Source: a virus
Taxonomy: Duplodnaviria; Caudoviricetes
Strand: one strand, 5' to 3'
Length of the DNA: 51,416 nucleotides
Virus record (IMG/VR): IMGVR_UViG_3300017913_000244
Location: 1 to 51,416 of that record
Shown: positions 9,823 to 20,000 of the stretch, one piece after another
Numbering within the stretch: the first letter of the stretch is position 1
How the letters are laid out: every line of letters begins with the position of its first letter
Notes under the pieces: generated by a model
Databases searched by the model: none
Seen by the model: the letters and a program-made list of their open reading frames with translations, nothing else
Told to the model about the DNA's origin: nothing
Translations under genes and position numbers: made by a program

Positions 9823-11628
9823 ATGAGTACAAATAAAAAGTTCAGAGTACAGAACGGTATTGACATCACTGGTGAAGTGGTTGTTGGTGGCGTTACTGTA
9901 ATTAATGCTGACGGTACCGTTGTTTCCGATGTAAGTGACCAGTTGGTTCCTCTTCAAAATGATGTCGCTGCTCTAGAGACCTCAGTCGCAAACATTCTTG
10001 GTTCGTCACCAGAAACTCTTGATACACTTCAAGAGATCGTCGCCGCCTATCAAGGCGCTGACGAAGATCTACAACTATTAATTGCAACCGCAGTGTCAAC
10101 GGGTACTGATAACGCTGATGCAATTGCTGAGTTACTACCTCAAATAACAGATAATGATTCAGATATCGCGGCACAAGGTGCTTCGATTGCTCAGTTGTTG
10201 TTAGATGTTGCTGCTTTGAGCGGCGCAGATACAACGCTAACTGACGCAATTTCAGCGAATACTACTGCAATCAGCGACGAGGTAACTCGTGCGACGGCTG
10301 CAGAGCAGTCTAACACAGATGCTATTGCTGCTGTACAGTCACAAGTTAACAACATCTTATCAAATACTGATTCTGCGTCTCTAGATTCACTATCAGAAAT
10401 CGTTGCTGCGTTCCAAGCGGCAGATAGCACTTTGGCGGGCACTGTTGCAGCAAACACTGCGGCACACACTCAGAACGCAAGTGACATCGCTGCAACTAAC
10501 GCTCGTACTTCTGGGATTAGCACATCTTCAGGTTCATCTAACATCCAGATGACTGCTGAAGTTGACATGGATGGTAACGCAGTTACTAACATGGCTGATC
10601 CTTCTTCGGCACAAGATGCAACAACCAAAGCATACGTTGACGCAGCAGACGCAGTTTTGCAAGCAGCAATTGATGAAGGTTCATTTGATGGTTCTGCAAT
10701 CGCTCAAAATCTAGTTCCTGCTGTAACTGATACGTACAGTCTCGGTACACCAGATATGGTCTGGAAAGACCTATACATTGGTCCTGGATCTCTATATCTA
10801 AACGGCACTAAGATTCTTGAAGACAACTCTGGTACAATCACTATGTACGCAGATGCGGGCCAGAATCTATCGTTCGGTGCAACCGGCGGTGGTTCTATCG
10901 ACTTGAACGCTGGAACTGAAAGCATTCAAATGAAGTCTGATATGGTCATGTCTGTCGGTAAGACTATCACAACTGTTGGTGGCGCTGCCACTAAGTTTGG
11001 TGGTCCAGTTGATATGCAGGGTTCAACGATTGATAATGTTGCAATGCCATCTAAGGACGGCGAAGTCGCATCAAAGCTATACGTCGACCAACAAGTAGGC
11101 GGAAGCACTTTACGTGGCGATAAGACGTTTGACTCCAACGTTGTCATCGAAGGCAGTCTAACTGTTTCAGGTACAACTACTACTGTAAACAGCGAGACAA
11201 TCACACTTGCGGACAACATCATTGATCTAAACTCAAATCTAACTAGCGGTTCACCAACAGAGCATGCTGGCATTCGCGTTATGCGCGGTGACGAATCAGC
11301 AGTACAGGTTCGTTGGAATGAGACAGAAGATCACTGGGAAGTTTACAACGGAACTTCATGGACTAAGATCGCACTAGATACAGATGATCTTGCTGAGGGT
11401 TCAGTTAATCTATACTTCACAGAAGCTCGTGCACGTGGTTGTGTATCGGCAGATGATCATTCTTGCATCGACTACAATGAGGCAACTGGTAAGTTCTCTC
11501 TAGACGTTGCGGAAACTGAAGCTGCTATCACACCAGATCAGTCTAAAAACGCTGATAAGCTAGACGGACAACATGGTTCGTACTATCGTATCAACGTCTA
11601 TGACGCAAACGGTACACTAGTAAACTAA
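9823..11628 (+). CDS. tail fibre-like structural protein (601 aa)
   Basis: Shares SPETLDTLQEIVAA, DSLSEIVAAF and DDLxEG.NLYFT motifs with the 4277 ORF; ADPSSAQDATTKAYVD and ADKLDG fibre motifs. Confidence 0.7.
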   Translation: MSTNKKFRVQNGIDITGEVVVGGVTVINADGTVVSDVSDQLVPLQNDVAALETSVANILGSSPETLDTLQEIVAAYQGADEDLQLLIATAVSTGTDNADAIAELLPQITDNDSDIAAQGASIAQLLLDVAALSGADTTLTDAISANTTAISDEVTRATAAEQSNTDAIAAVQSQVNNILSNTDSASLDSLSEIVAAFQAADSTLAGTVAANTAAHTQNASDIAATNARTSGISTSSGSSNIQMTAEVDMDGNAVTNMADPSSAQDATTKAYVDAADAVLQAAIDEGSFDGSAIAQNLVPAVTDTYSLGTPDMVWKDLYIGPGSLYLNGTKILEDNSGTITMYADAGQNLSFGATGGGSIDLNAGTESIQMKSDMVMSVGKTITTVGGAATKFGGPVDMQGSTIDNVAMPSKDGEVASKLYVDQQVGGSTLRGDKTFDSNVVIEGSLTVSGTTTTVNSETITLADNIIDLNSNLTSGSPTEHAGIRVMRGDESAVQVRWNETEDHWEVYNGTSWTKIALDTDDLAEGSVNLYFTEARARGCVSADDHSCIDYNEATGKFSLDVAETEAAITPDQSKNADKLDGQHGSYYRINVYDANGTLVN

Positions 11629-11648
11629 TCACACTTTAGTGATAATAA

Positions 11649-11675
11649 GGGGAGACTTCGGTCTCCCTTTTTTTT
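11649..11675 (+). terminator. Rho-independent terminator
   Basis: GGGAGAC-TTCG-GTCTCCC + T8 (cUUCGg tetraloop). Confidence 0.9.
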
Positions 11676-11688
11676 ACTTTAAAAAACG

Positions 11689-11696
11689 TATAAATA
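11689..11696 (+). promoter_or_regulatory. T4-type late promoter
   Basis: TATAAATA upstream of gp13. Confidence 0.85.
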
Positions 11697-11724
11697 GAGT
11701 TATAGTAAATTTCGGAAACTAACA

Positions 11725-12495
11725 ATGTATTCTACAAGCAGAGAAGAATTGATGGATTATTGCCTACGTGCACTCGGGCATCCTGTTGTTGAAGTTAATA
11801 TTGATGAAGAACAACTAGATGATCGAGTTGATGAGGCTCTACAATGGTTTCGCGAAAATCATCCAGATGGTTCTAAGCGATATTATCTCAAACATCAAGT
11901 TACCCAACAAGACATAGATAATCAATGCATTGATCTAAACGATAATTTAGATCTAACTGCGGTTGTTCGAATGGTTCCCGTTTCGTTTAATACAGCACAT
12001 TCTGGATGGTTTAGTGATGCGTGGCAAGTTATGGCCTATACCATCTCTGACTTTACTCGAGGTCATGGTATGTTAGGGGATCTTGCATATTATGAAAACA
12101 TGCAACAGAGTCTCGCCCTACTTGATATGAAACTAGGTGGTCTGCCTCAGATGACGTTTGATCGCCAATATAATAAAATTAATTTACATATCTCAAAAAA
12201 TCGTTTGAATGTAGATGATTATGTTATTTTTGAAGTTTACGGCATTCGCAATCCGGATGACTCCGTTGATGAGTACAACTCTCTATGGAATCACAGATTT
12301 CTTAAAGAGTACACAACCGCATTGATTAAACGACAATGGGGTCTTAATCTAATTAAATTTGATGGGATGGCATTACCGGGCGGTGTCACAATTAACGCAC
12401 GTCTTATCTATGAAGATGCCCTTGCAGATATTGATCGAATCATTGAGCGTTTCCGTGCAGACGAAGACGAAGGCCCAATGTTCTTCATGGGATAA
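11725..12495 (+). CDS. gp13: neck protein gp13
   Basis: YCLRALGHPVVEVN, KRQWGxNLxKF, LPGGVTIN motifs; synteny. Confidence 0.9.
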   Translation: MYSTSREELMDYCLRALGHPVVEVNIDEEQLDDRVDEALQWFRENHPDGSKRYYLKHQVTQQDIDNQCIDLNDNLDLTAVVRMVPVSFNTAHSGWFSDAWQVMAYTISDFTRGHGMLGDLAYYENMQQSLALLDMKLGGLPQMTFDRQYNKINLHISKNRLNVDDYVIFEVYGIRNPDDSVDEYNSLWNHRFLKEYTTALIKRQWGLNLIKFDGMALPGGVTINARLIYEDALADIDRIIERFRADEDEGPMFFMG

Positions 12496-12498
12496 ACC

Positions 12499-13377
12499 AT
12501 GCCAACTAATCCATATATTACATTAAAAAATAGAGGCGAACAAAGTCTCTATGAAGATATCGTTATCGAAGCGATCAAGTTCTATGGTCAAGATGTCTAC
12601 TATCTTCCACGAGAAGTTGTCGAACGCGAAGATATTTTTCTTGATAGTATCCAGTCTCAGTTTTCAGACGCATATAAAGTAGAGACATATATCGAGAATA
12701 CAGAAGGTTTCGATGGTGAAGGAGATTTATTCACTAAGTTCGGAATCGAATTACGTGATCAAGCAACATTCGTTATTGCACGTCGTCGATGGCGTGAACT
12801 TGTAGGTGATAGATTAGTCGAAGAATATCAGTTTAGACCTAGAGAAGGTGACCTCATCTTCTTGCCTCTTACTGAGTCTTTGTTTGAAGTGAAGAGAGTA
12901 TACACCGAAACACCTTTCTATCAACTATCGCAACTTCCATTATTCAGACTGCAATGTGAATTGTTCGAATTCTCAGATGAAGATTTTGATACGGGTGTTG
13001 ATGCGATTGATCAAGTTGAAGTTGAACATGCGTTTCAGTATGAATTGGTTATGGAACAAGGAACCAAAGAAGATTATTATACACCAGGAGAAATAGTTCG
13101 TCAAGTGTTTGACGATTTTAATCTTGAAGGTGAAGTCACTTCATTTAACTCAGAAACACGTGTGCTTAAGATCGCACATACTGGTGCCGATGATGGTAAG
13201 TATCATGAATGGGCCACTGATCGTGCAGTTATAGGTGCAAATGCTCAGTTGATACCTGTGTCTGAAGAAGAAGGCGTGAATGAAATTGATCGTTTAGATC
13301 AGAAAGAAGTGTTCGATAATTTTGCTGAAGATTTCTTAGACTTTAGTGAATCGAATCCATTTGGAGATATATTCTAA
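12499..13377 (+). CDS. gp14: neck protein gp14
   Basis: GQDVYYLPR, FTKFGIE, RPREGDLIF, SESNPFG. Confidence 0.9.
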   Translation: MPTNPYITLKNRGEQSLYEDIVIEAIKFYGQDVYYLPREVVEREDIFLDSIQSQFSDAYKVETYIENTEGFDGEGDLFTKFGIELRDQATFVIARRRWRELVGDRLVEEYQFRPREGDLIFLPLTESLFEVKRVYTETPFYQLSQLPLFRLQCELFEFSDEDFDTGVDAIDQVEVEHAFQYELVMEQGTKEDYYTPGEIVRQVFDDFNLEGEVTSFNSETRVLKIAHTGADDGKYHEWATDRAVIGANAQLIPVSEEEGVNEIDRLDQKEVFDNFAEDFLDFSESNPFGDIF

Positions 13378-14153
13378 TGATGGGCGGCCATTTTTATCAT
13401 AGACGCGTGAGATCGTGTGTCGCACTGTTTGGTTCTATGTTTGATAATCTACATGTTTTAAGAACAAACAGTTCAGGCAAGGTTTTATCTCAAGTTAAAG
13501 TTCCGTTGTCATATGCACCTGCGCGTTCATTCATCGAAAGACTTGAAGAGATGACGCAAGGCGAAGAGGCAGAACGTCGAGTTGCATTGAAGCTACCTCG
13601 GATGTCATTTGAAATCACGTCAATTGCATACGACGCACAAAGACAATTACCTAAGATTAATCATTTCAAAGTAAACAAACCTGATGGCGCAGACAAATAT
13701 TATGTCGGTGTTCCTTATACGCTTTCTTTTGAACTAAATGTTTATGCGCGTTCGCAAGACGATGCGCTTCAAGTTGTAGAACAGATTATACCTTACTTTG
13801 CACCACAATACACTGTATCAGTTAAACCTTTTGCTGATCAACCTGACATCAAAGAAGACGTGCCTATCAGTCTAACGGGCGTTAGTTTTCAGGATGATTT
13901 CGAAGGTCCGGTAGAACAGCGTCGTACTATTATCTACACTATGTCTTTCGATATGCGTGTAAACTTCTATGGTCCAGAGAATACTGCTCCGATTATTCGC
14001 GAAGTAAATACTAATCTGAATATTATAGATAATGATGGTTCTGAATTTGTCGGTAATATTCAAGTGACTCCAGACCCAATTGACGTGAGCCCTGATGGTG
14101 ATTATGGGTTTAGCGTAGAGATTAATGATAATGATTTTACGAGTGACACATGA
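13377..14153 (+). CDS. gp15: tail sheath stabiliser/terminator gp15
   Basis: FGSMFDN, KVPLSY, LPRMSFE, QVVEQIIPYFAP. Confidence 0.9.
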   Translation: MMGGHFYHRRVRSCVALFGSMFDNLHVLRTNSSGKVLSQVKVPLSYAPARSFIERLEEMTQGEEAERRVALKLPRMSFEITSIAYDAQRQLPKINHFKVNKPDGADKYYVGVPYTLSFELNVYARSQDDALQVVEQIIPYFAPQYTVSVKPFADQPDIKEDVPISLTGVSFQDDFEGPVEQRRTIIYTMSFDMRVNFYGPENTAPIIREVNTNLNIIDNDGSEFVGNIQVTPDPIDVSPDGDYGFSVEINDNDFTSDT

Positions 14154-14539
14154 TGACAGATCGTCGTAAGCCACCAGCACTATTTGATGAAGAACAAAAA
14201 AAGAATTTTGTACACGAGCAGGACTATGAGTACTCTCGTGATACATACTATGATCTGATTGAAAAGGGTCGTGAGTCGCTAGATCTTATGATCGAAGTGG
14301 CGCGTGAATCAGAACATCCACGTGCATTTGAAGTGTTATCCAACATGATCAAAGGGATCGCAGATGTCAACGACAAGTTGATGGATCTCAATAAGAAACA
14401 AAAAGAACTTCAAAAAGAAGACAAACCTGCCGAAGCAACAACTACTAATAATAATCTATTTGTCGGGTCTACTACAGAATTACAGCGTATGCTGATGGGT
14501 GATGAAAAAACTATAGACCACGACGAAGACGATGAGTAG
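14150..14539 (+). CDS. gp16: terminase small subunit gp16
   Basis: DYEYSR, ESEHPRAFEV, NNNLFVGSTTELQ. Confidence 0.9.
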   Translation: MMTDRRKPPALFDEEQKKNFVHEQDYEYSRDTYYDLIEKGRESLDLMIEVARESEHPRAFEVLSNMIKGIADVNDKLMDLNKKQKELQKEDKPAEATTTNNNLFVGSTTELQRMLMGDEKTIDHDEDDE

Positions 14540-16139
14540 TTATACAAAAAACTCCTACTTAGGTAATCCGTTAGTTAAGAAAGATGGTGTCGCAGAAGAA
14601 TGGGACGCCAAGAAACTGCGCGAGTATAAAAAGTGTATGAAAGACCCAGCGTACTTCTGCCGAAAGTACGTCAAAGTCGTGCACCTTGATAAAGGTTTGG
14701 TACCATTCAAACTATACCCGTATCAGGAGAAGATGTTTCAACACTTCAACGACAATCGATTCAACATCGTGTTGGCGTGTCGTCAGTCGGGTAAATCGAT
14801 TAGTTCGGTAGGATATCTTTTATGGTATGCCCTATTCCATCCAGAAAAGACCATTGCGATTTTAGCAAACAAAGGTATGACTGCGCGTGAGATGTTGGCA
14901 CGTGTCACACTCATGCTAGAGAATCTGCCATTCTTTCTTCAACCCGGTTGTAAGGCGCTGAACAAAGGGTCACTGGAGTTCTCTAATAACTCTCGTATCA
15001 TCGCTGCAGCGACATCTGGTTCGTCCATTCGTGGTATGTCGGTTAACCTACTATTTCTAGATGAGTTTGCGTTCGTCGAGAACGCGGCAGAGTTCTATAC
15101 TTCAACCTATCCGGTAATCTCATCGGGTAAGGACACAAAGGTAATTATCACGTCAACCGCAAACGGTATCGGTAACACCTATCACAAGATCTGGGAAGGT
15201 GCGGTGCAGGGCGTGAACGAATACAAACCGTTTCGGGTAGACTGGTGGGATGTTCCTGGCCGTGATGAAAAGTGGAAAGAACAAACGATTGCGAATACAT
15301 CCACTCTACAGTTTGATCAAGAATTCGGCAATACGTTCTTTGGTACAGGTAACACTCTTATTGAAGGGCAGGTTCTTCTTGATCTAAGGGCTCGAGAACC
15401 TATTCATCGATATGAAGGTGGTGATTTGTGCATCTATGAAGAACCTAAAGAAAACCATCAATATATCATGACTGTCGATGTTTGTCAAGGGCGAGGTCAA
15501 GATTATTCAACATTTAACGTCATCGATGTTACGACACAACCCTTTAAACAAGTATGTGTATATCGAAATAATAAAATTTCACCTATTTTATTTCCTAATG
15601 TAATTTACAAGTATGCAAATTTGTACAATGAAGCATATACTGTTATCGAGAACAACGATCAAGGTATGGTTGTATGTGTGGGATTATATCAAGATTTAGA
15701 GTATGAAAATATTCATCTGGAGTCTGCGATAAAATCGGACGCGATTGGTATAAGAATGGATCGTAAAGTTAAGCGTATCGGGTGTTCTTCTATTAAAGAT
15801 ATTATCGAGGCAGGAAAATTAGAAATCGTTGACGAAAACACAATCATGGAGATCTCCACGTTTGTGTCGAAGGGTCAATCATTCGAGGCAAGTGATGGTA
15901 ATCACGATGACTTGATGATGAACTTAGTAATGTTTGGTTACTTCGTGGGCACACAATCATTTGGAGATATGACTGACGTGAATCTAAAACAGATGTTATT
16001 TGATCAAAGAATGAAAGAGATTGAGGACGATATCCCACCGTTTGGCATCATCGATGATGGTAATCCTTATATACCAGAAATCAAAGAAGACGACACATAC
16101 AGTATGGGTTGGGCAAAATATGATCCAACAGATTGGTAA
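14532..16139 (+). CDS. gp17: terminase large subunit gp17
   Basis: Walker A RQSGKS, Walker B FLDEFAF, ITSTANG, nuclease HDDLMM. Confidence 0.95.
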   Translation: MSSYTKNSYLGNPLVKKDGVAEEWDAKKLREYKKCMKDPAYFCRKYVKVVHLDKGLVPFKLYPYQEKMFQHFNDNRFNIVLACRQSGKSISSVGYLLWYALFHPEKTIAILANKGMTAREMLARVTLMLENLPFFLQPGCKALNKGSLEFSNNSRIIAAATSGSSIRGMSVNLLFLDEFAFVENAAEFYTSTYPVISSGKDTKVIITSTANGIGNTYHKIWEGAVQGVNEYKPFRVDWWDVPGRDEKWKEQTIANTSTLQFDQEFGNTFFGTGNTLIEGQVLLDLRAREPIHRYEGGDLCIYEEPKENHQYIMTVDVCQGRGQDYSTFNVIDVTTQPFKQVCVYRNNKISPILFPNVIYKYANLYNEAYTVIENNDQGMVVCVGLYQDLEYENIHLESAIKSDAIGIRMDRKVKRIGCSSIKDIIEAGKLEIVDENTIMEISTFVSKGQSFEASDGNHDDLMMNLVMFGYFVGTQSFGDMTDVNLKQMLFDQRMKEIEDDIPPFGIIDDGNPYIPEIKEDDTYSMGWAKYDPTDW

Positions 16140-16150
16140 ATTTTAATTAT

Positions 16151-16158
16151 TATAAATA
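16151..16158 (+). promoter_or_regulatory. T4-type late promoter
   Basis: TATAAATA upstream of gp18. Confidence 0.85.
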
Positions 16159-16222
16159 GTTACATTGAAATAATTATACCGTATTATGATAACTTATTAT
16201 ACCTTAACAAAAGGAAACTATT

Positions 16223-17896
16223 ATGGCTCTTAAATTTTCTGAGTCACCAGCAGTCAATGTGCGTGAGATTGATCTGACCGGAGTTGTTCCGTCAGTAACA
16301 TCTACTACAGGTGCCTTTGTTGGTGATTTTAACTGGGGCCCTGTAAATACACCAGTTCTAGTCGGTACCGAATCTGAACTGGCGTCATCTTTCGGGTCTC
16401 CTCTCGCGGGAGAAGCATACGCAGGCGACTTCTTGTCTGTCGCGCATTTCCTAAAATATTCTTCAAGCGCATTCGTTGTACGCGCTGCTAAATCAGGTTC
16501 TGCAGCTGCATCTGCTGCACCATTCACTGCAAAGTATCCAGGCGAACTGGGTAACACTGTAACCGTGGAAGTCTGTGACGCTGCTCACTGGCTTGATAGT
16601 TCTGTAGAAACAGTTCCAGTAACTGAAGTTGTTCCTGTGCTTGATTCAGACGGCAATCCAGTCCTAGATTCAGATGGCAATCCAACAACTGAAGTCGTCC
16701 CTGTGCTTGATTCAGACGGTAATCCAGTAACTGAATCTGTTCGTATTGCCCCTACTGATCCATGGGCATATCAAAGTCTTTTCTCTTCTGCTCCAGAAGG
16801 CGACGAACTACACGTTGTCGTCTTGTCACAGGCGGGTACAGACGACGAAGTGGTTTTGGATACGTTCGCTTACGTCTCAACTGATCCAAACGCAAAACTA
16901 GACAACGGTTCAACTAACTTCGTTACAGATGTTGTAACAGCAGGTTCATCTTGGGTAGACTTATCGGGCATCCCAACTGCAGGTCAATACCCATTACAGA
17001 ATGGTGATGACGGAACTGATCCAGAATATGTCGCCGCATACGGTGTGTTCGGTGATAAGGACACTATCCAGATCGACTTCTTGGTTCCACCAGCTGGCGG
17101 TCAAAGTTCTTCTGTTACAATTCAACAAGAATTGGTCAGTATTGCAGAACAACGCAAAGACTGTATCGCAGTTGTTTCTCCATCATTTACTGGTACACTA
17201 ACTGTAGATGCAATGTTGGCACATGTAACATCTCTAGCGCAGAACTCATCATATCTAGTTGTCGATGGCAACTGGTTGAAGGTCTATGACAAGTACAACG
17301 ATAAGTACGAGAATATTCCAGCGGCATCATCAACTGCAGGCATTATGGCTGCAGGTGACGTAACAGATGCACCTTGGTTCTCGCCAGCAGGTTCACGTCG
17401 TGGTCAATACTTGGGTGTTACTGACATTCTAGTCAACCCATCTAAGACAGATCGTGATCGTCTATACAAAGCAGGCATTAACCCAATCGTCAGTTTCCCT
17501 GGCCAGGGCATCATGCTTTACGGTGACAAGACTCACATGTCTCGTCCGTCTGCGTTCGATCGCATCAACGTACGTCGTCTGTTCCTAGTTCTAGAACGCG
17601 CAATCTCTGCAGCTGCTGAGAACGTTATGTTCGAACTAAACGATGAGTTCACTCGTGCAGAATTTGCAAACATCGTAGAACCATTCCTACGTGAAGTTCA
17701 GGGTCGTCGCGGTATCACTGATTTCCGTCTTGTTTGTGACGAAACAAACAATACGCCAGAAGTTATTGATCGCAACGAATTCGTCGCGTCTTGCTTTATT
17801 AAGCCAGCACGTTCAATTAACTATGTCACTCTTAACTTCGTAGCAGTCCGTACTGGTGTCGATTTTGAAGAAGTGGTCGGAACAGCGGGAGTATAA
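16223..17896 (+). CDS. gp18: tail sheath protein gp18
   Basis: SPAVNVREIDLT, PWFSPAG, SAFDRINVRRLF, IKPARSIN. Confidence 0.95.
   Translation: MALKFSESPAVNVREIDLTGVVPSVTSTTGAFVGDFNWGPVNTPVLVGTESELASSFGSPLAGEAYAGDFLSVAHFLKYSSSAFVVRAAKSGSAAASAAPFTAKYPGELGNTVTVEVCDAAHWLDSSVETVPVTEVVPVLDSDGNPVLDSDGNPTTEVVPVLDSDGNPVTESVRIAPTDPWAYQSLFSSAPEGDELHVVVLSQAGTDDEVVLDTFAYVSTDPNAKLDNGSTNFVTDVVTAGSSWVDLSGIPTAGQYPLQNGDDGTDPEYVAAYGVFGDKDTIQIDFLVPPAGGQSSSVTIQQELVSIAEQRKDCIAVVSPSFTGTLTVDAMLAHVTSLAQNSSYLVVDGNWLKVYDKYNDKYENIPAASSTAGIMAAGDVTDAPWFSPAGSRRGQYLGVTDILVNPSKTDRDRLYKAGINPIVSFPGQGIMLYGDKTHMSRPSAFDRINVRRLFLVLERAISAAAENVMFELNDEFTRAEFANIVEPFLREVQGRRGITDFRLVCDETNNTPEVIDRNEFVASCFIKPARSINYVTLNFVAVRTGVDFEEVVGTAGV
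16621..16728 (+). repeat. tandem coding repeat inside gp18 (VLDSDGNP x3)
   Basis: Near-identical 42-nt copies at 16621-16662 and 16687-16728 plus a partial middle copy. Confidence 0.85.
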
Positions 17897-17898
17897 TC

Positions 17899-18423
17899 AT
17901 GTCACTAAGAGTAGATGATTTTAAAGCAAAACTAAAAGGTGGCGGTGCACGTCCTAATTTATTTCGTGTAACTCTAAACTTTCCAGCATATGCCGGCGGT
18001 AACGCAGAACTAACTTCATTTATGTGCAAAGGCGCACAGTTGCCTGCATCAACAATCAATGCTGTCGAAGTACCATTTCGTGGTCGTCAGTTGAAGATTG
18101 CTGGTGATCGTACATTTGAAGATTGGTCAGTTACAGTAATCAACGATACGGGTTTCGAAGTTCGTAACGCGATGGAACGTTGGATGAACGGAATGAACGG
18201 TCACACTGCAAACACAGGTTTTACTAATCCTGTTGCTTATCAGGCGGATCTGATTGTAGATCAGTTAGATAAAGATGGTAGTGTATTAAAGAGCTATAAC
18301 TTCCGTGGTGCATTCCCGAATAGCGTAGGCGCAATCGATCTATCGTACGACACAGTCGATACGGTTGAAGAATTTGAGGTTGCATTCTCTATTCAGTACT
18401 GGGAGTCAAATACTACTAGTTAA
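17899..18423 (+). CDS. gp19: tail tube protein gp19
   Basis: GGARPNLF, FRGRQLKIAGDRTF, synteny. Confidence 0.95.
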   Translation: MSLRVDDFKAKLKGGGARPNLFRVTLNFPAYAGGNAELTSFMCKGAQLPASTINAVEVPFRGRQLKIAGDRTFEDWSVTVINDTGFEVRNAMERWMNGMNGHTANTGFTNPVAYQADLIVDQLDKDGSVLKSYNFRGAFPNSVGAIDLSYDTVDTVEEFEVAFSIQYWESNTTS

Positions 18424-18429
18424 TGGTAT

Positions 18430-18465
18430 TATAAGTAGTTTGATAGGGGGTGTCAACCACCCCCT
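18430..18465 (+). promoter_or_regulatory. variant late promoter TATAAGTA followed by a leader stem-loop
   Basis: TATAAGTA at 18430-18437; AGGGGGTG-tcaac-CACCCCCT at 18445-18465. Confidence 0.5.
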
Positions 18466-18486
18466 CATTTATTATCTGAGGATCAT

Positions 18487-19998
18487 ATGGCAGACGAACG
18501 AAATATATTTCAAGCATTCGGTTTTGAACTAAAACGAGTTCAAAACAAAAAAGACGAAAGCGATAAAACGCCGTCCATCGTACCTAAAGTCGATGAGGAT
18601 GGTGCTGGATATGTTACTGCATCTGGTTCTTACTTTGGTCAGTACGTCGATATGGACGGTGGTGCTGCCAAAGACAATGCAGAATTAATCAAGAAGTATC
18701 GAGCGGTTGCCGAGCATCCTGAATGTGATGCTGCAATCGAAGATATTGTTAATGAATCGATCGTTTCTTCTGAGCTAGAAGGTTCTGTTAGTCTTAATCT
18801 AGATAAGGTCGAGGCACCAGACAGAATTAAGAAAACTATTTTAGAAGAGTTTGACGGCATTGTTTCTATGCTCAACTTTGAAGAGCATGGTCATGATATG
18901 TTCCGTTCATGGTATGTTGATGGCCGTATGTATCATCATCTTATCGTAAACGAATCTAATCTAAAGGCAGGTATTCAGGAGATTCGTCCTGTCGATGCCA
19001 CTAAAATTCGTAAAGTTAAAGAAGTAAAATACAAAAAGGATCCCAAGACCGGTGCTAAACTAGTTGACAAGGTCGATGAATTTTATATATTCCAAGAAAA
19101 GGGTGGTGCATCAACCGGCATTAAGTTGACTCCGGATTCAGTTTCGTATGTTACTTCAGGTCTTTTGGATACGTCAAAGAAACGTGTCATGTCTTATTTG
19201 CAAAAGGCAATCAAACCAGTAAATCAACTGCGCATGATGGAAGACTCTCTAGTCATCTATCGACTCGCACGTGCACCTGAACGTCGCATCTTTTATATCG
19301 ATGTGGGTAACTTACCTAAAGGTAAAGCAGAACAGCATCTAAAAGACATCATGTCGCGCTATCGTAATAAGATTGTTTACGATGCCAACTCAGGCGAAAT
19401 CAAAGATGATCGCAAACATATGTCTATGCTCGAGGATTTTTGGTTACCGCGTAGAGAGGGCGGTCGAGGAACTGAGATCAGCACTCTACCGGGCGGAGAG
19501 AATCTTGGTCAAATTGACGATATTATTTATTTTCAAAAGAAGTTATATCGATCATTGAATGTACCCTTGAATCGTTTAGAGCAAGAATCTCAGTTCTCTT
19601 TAGGTAGGTCTACAGAGATCAATCGAGATGAAGTAAAGTTTCAGAAGTTTATCGATCGACTACGCAAGAAGTTCGGTCATCTGTTTCTTGGTATTCTCAA
19701 AAAACAATTACTGTTGAAAGGTGTATGTACAGAACAAGACTGGGAATCATGGAAAAATGAAATTCAGATTGATTACACAAGAGACAATCATTTTGCTGAA
19801 CTAAAAGATTCCGAACTACTAAGAGAGCGTTTGGCGACTATGGATCAGATCGCTAGTTATGTAGGTGAATATTTCTCACGTGAGTGGGTTATGAAAAACG
19901 TCATGATGTTCAATGATGATGACATTGAAGAAATGACAAAACAAGTTGAAGCCGAGAATGCAAAAAACGGCGATGAAGAAGATGATTTGGAGATTTAA
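18487..19998 (+). CDS. gp20: portal protein gp20
   Basis: WYVDGR, RAPERRIFYIDVGNLPK, EDFWLPRREGGRGTEI. Confidence 0.97.
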   Translation: MADERNIFQAFGFELKRVQNKKDESDKTPSIVPKVDEDGAGYVTASGSYFGQYVDMDGGAAKDNAELIKKYRAVAEHPECDAAIEDIVNESIVSSELEGSVSLNLDKVEAPDRIKKTILEEFDGIVSMLNFEEHGHDMFRSWYVDGRMYHHLIVNESNLKAGIQEIRPVDATKIRKVKEVKYKKDPKTGAKLVDKVDEFYIFQEKGGASTGIKLTPDSVSYVTSGLLDTSKKRVMSYLQKAIKPVNQLRMMEDSLVIYRLARAPERRIFYIDVGNLPKGKAEQHLKDIMSRYRNKIVYDANSGEIKDDRKHMSMLEDFWLPRREGGRGTEISTLPGGENLGQIDDIIYFQKKLYRSLNVPLNRLEQESQFSLGRSTEINRDEVKFQKFIDRLRKKFGHLFLGILKKQLLLKGVCTEQDWESWKNEIQIDYTRDNHFAELKDSELLRERLATMDQIASYVGEYFSREWVMKNVMMFNDDDIEEMTKQVEAENAKNGDEEDDLEI

Positions 19999-20000
19999 TT

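Noticed and set aside
4255-11273. Many minus-strand and alternate-frame ORFs over the fibre genes
   Set aside because: Shadows of the biased GCN/ACN/GAN codon pattern; Ser/Ala- or Leu/Gln-rich nonsense, no SD, fully nested in real genes
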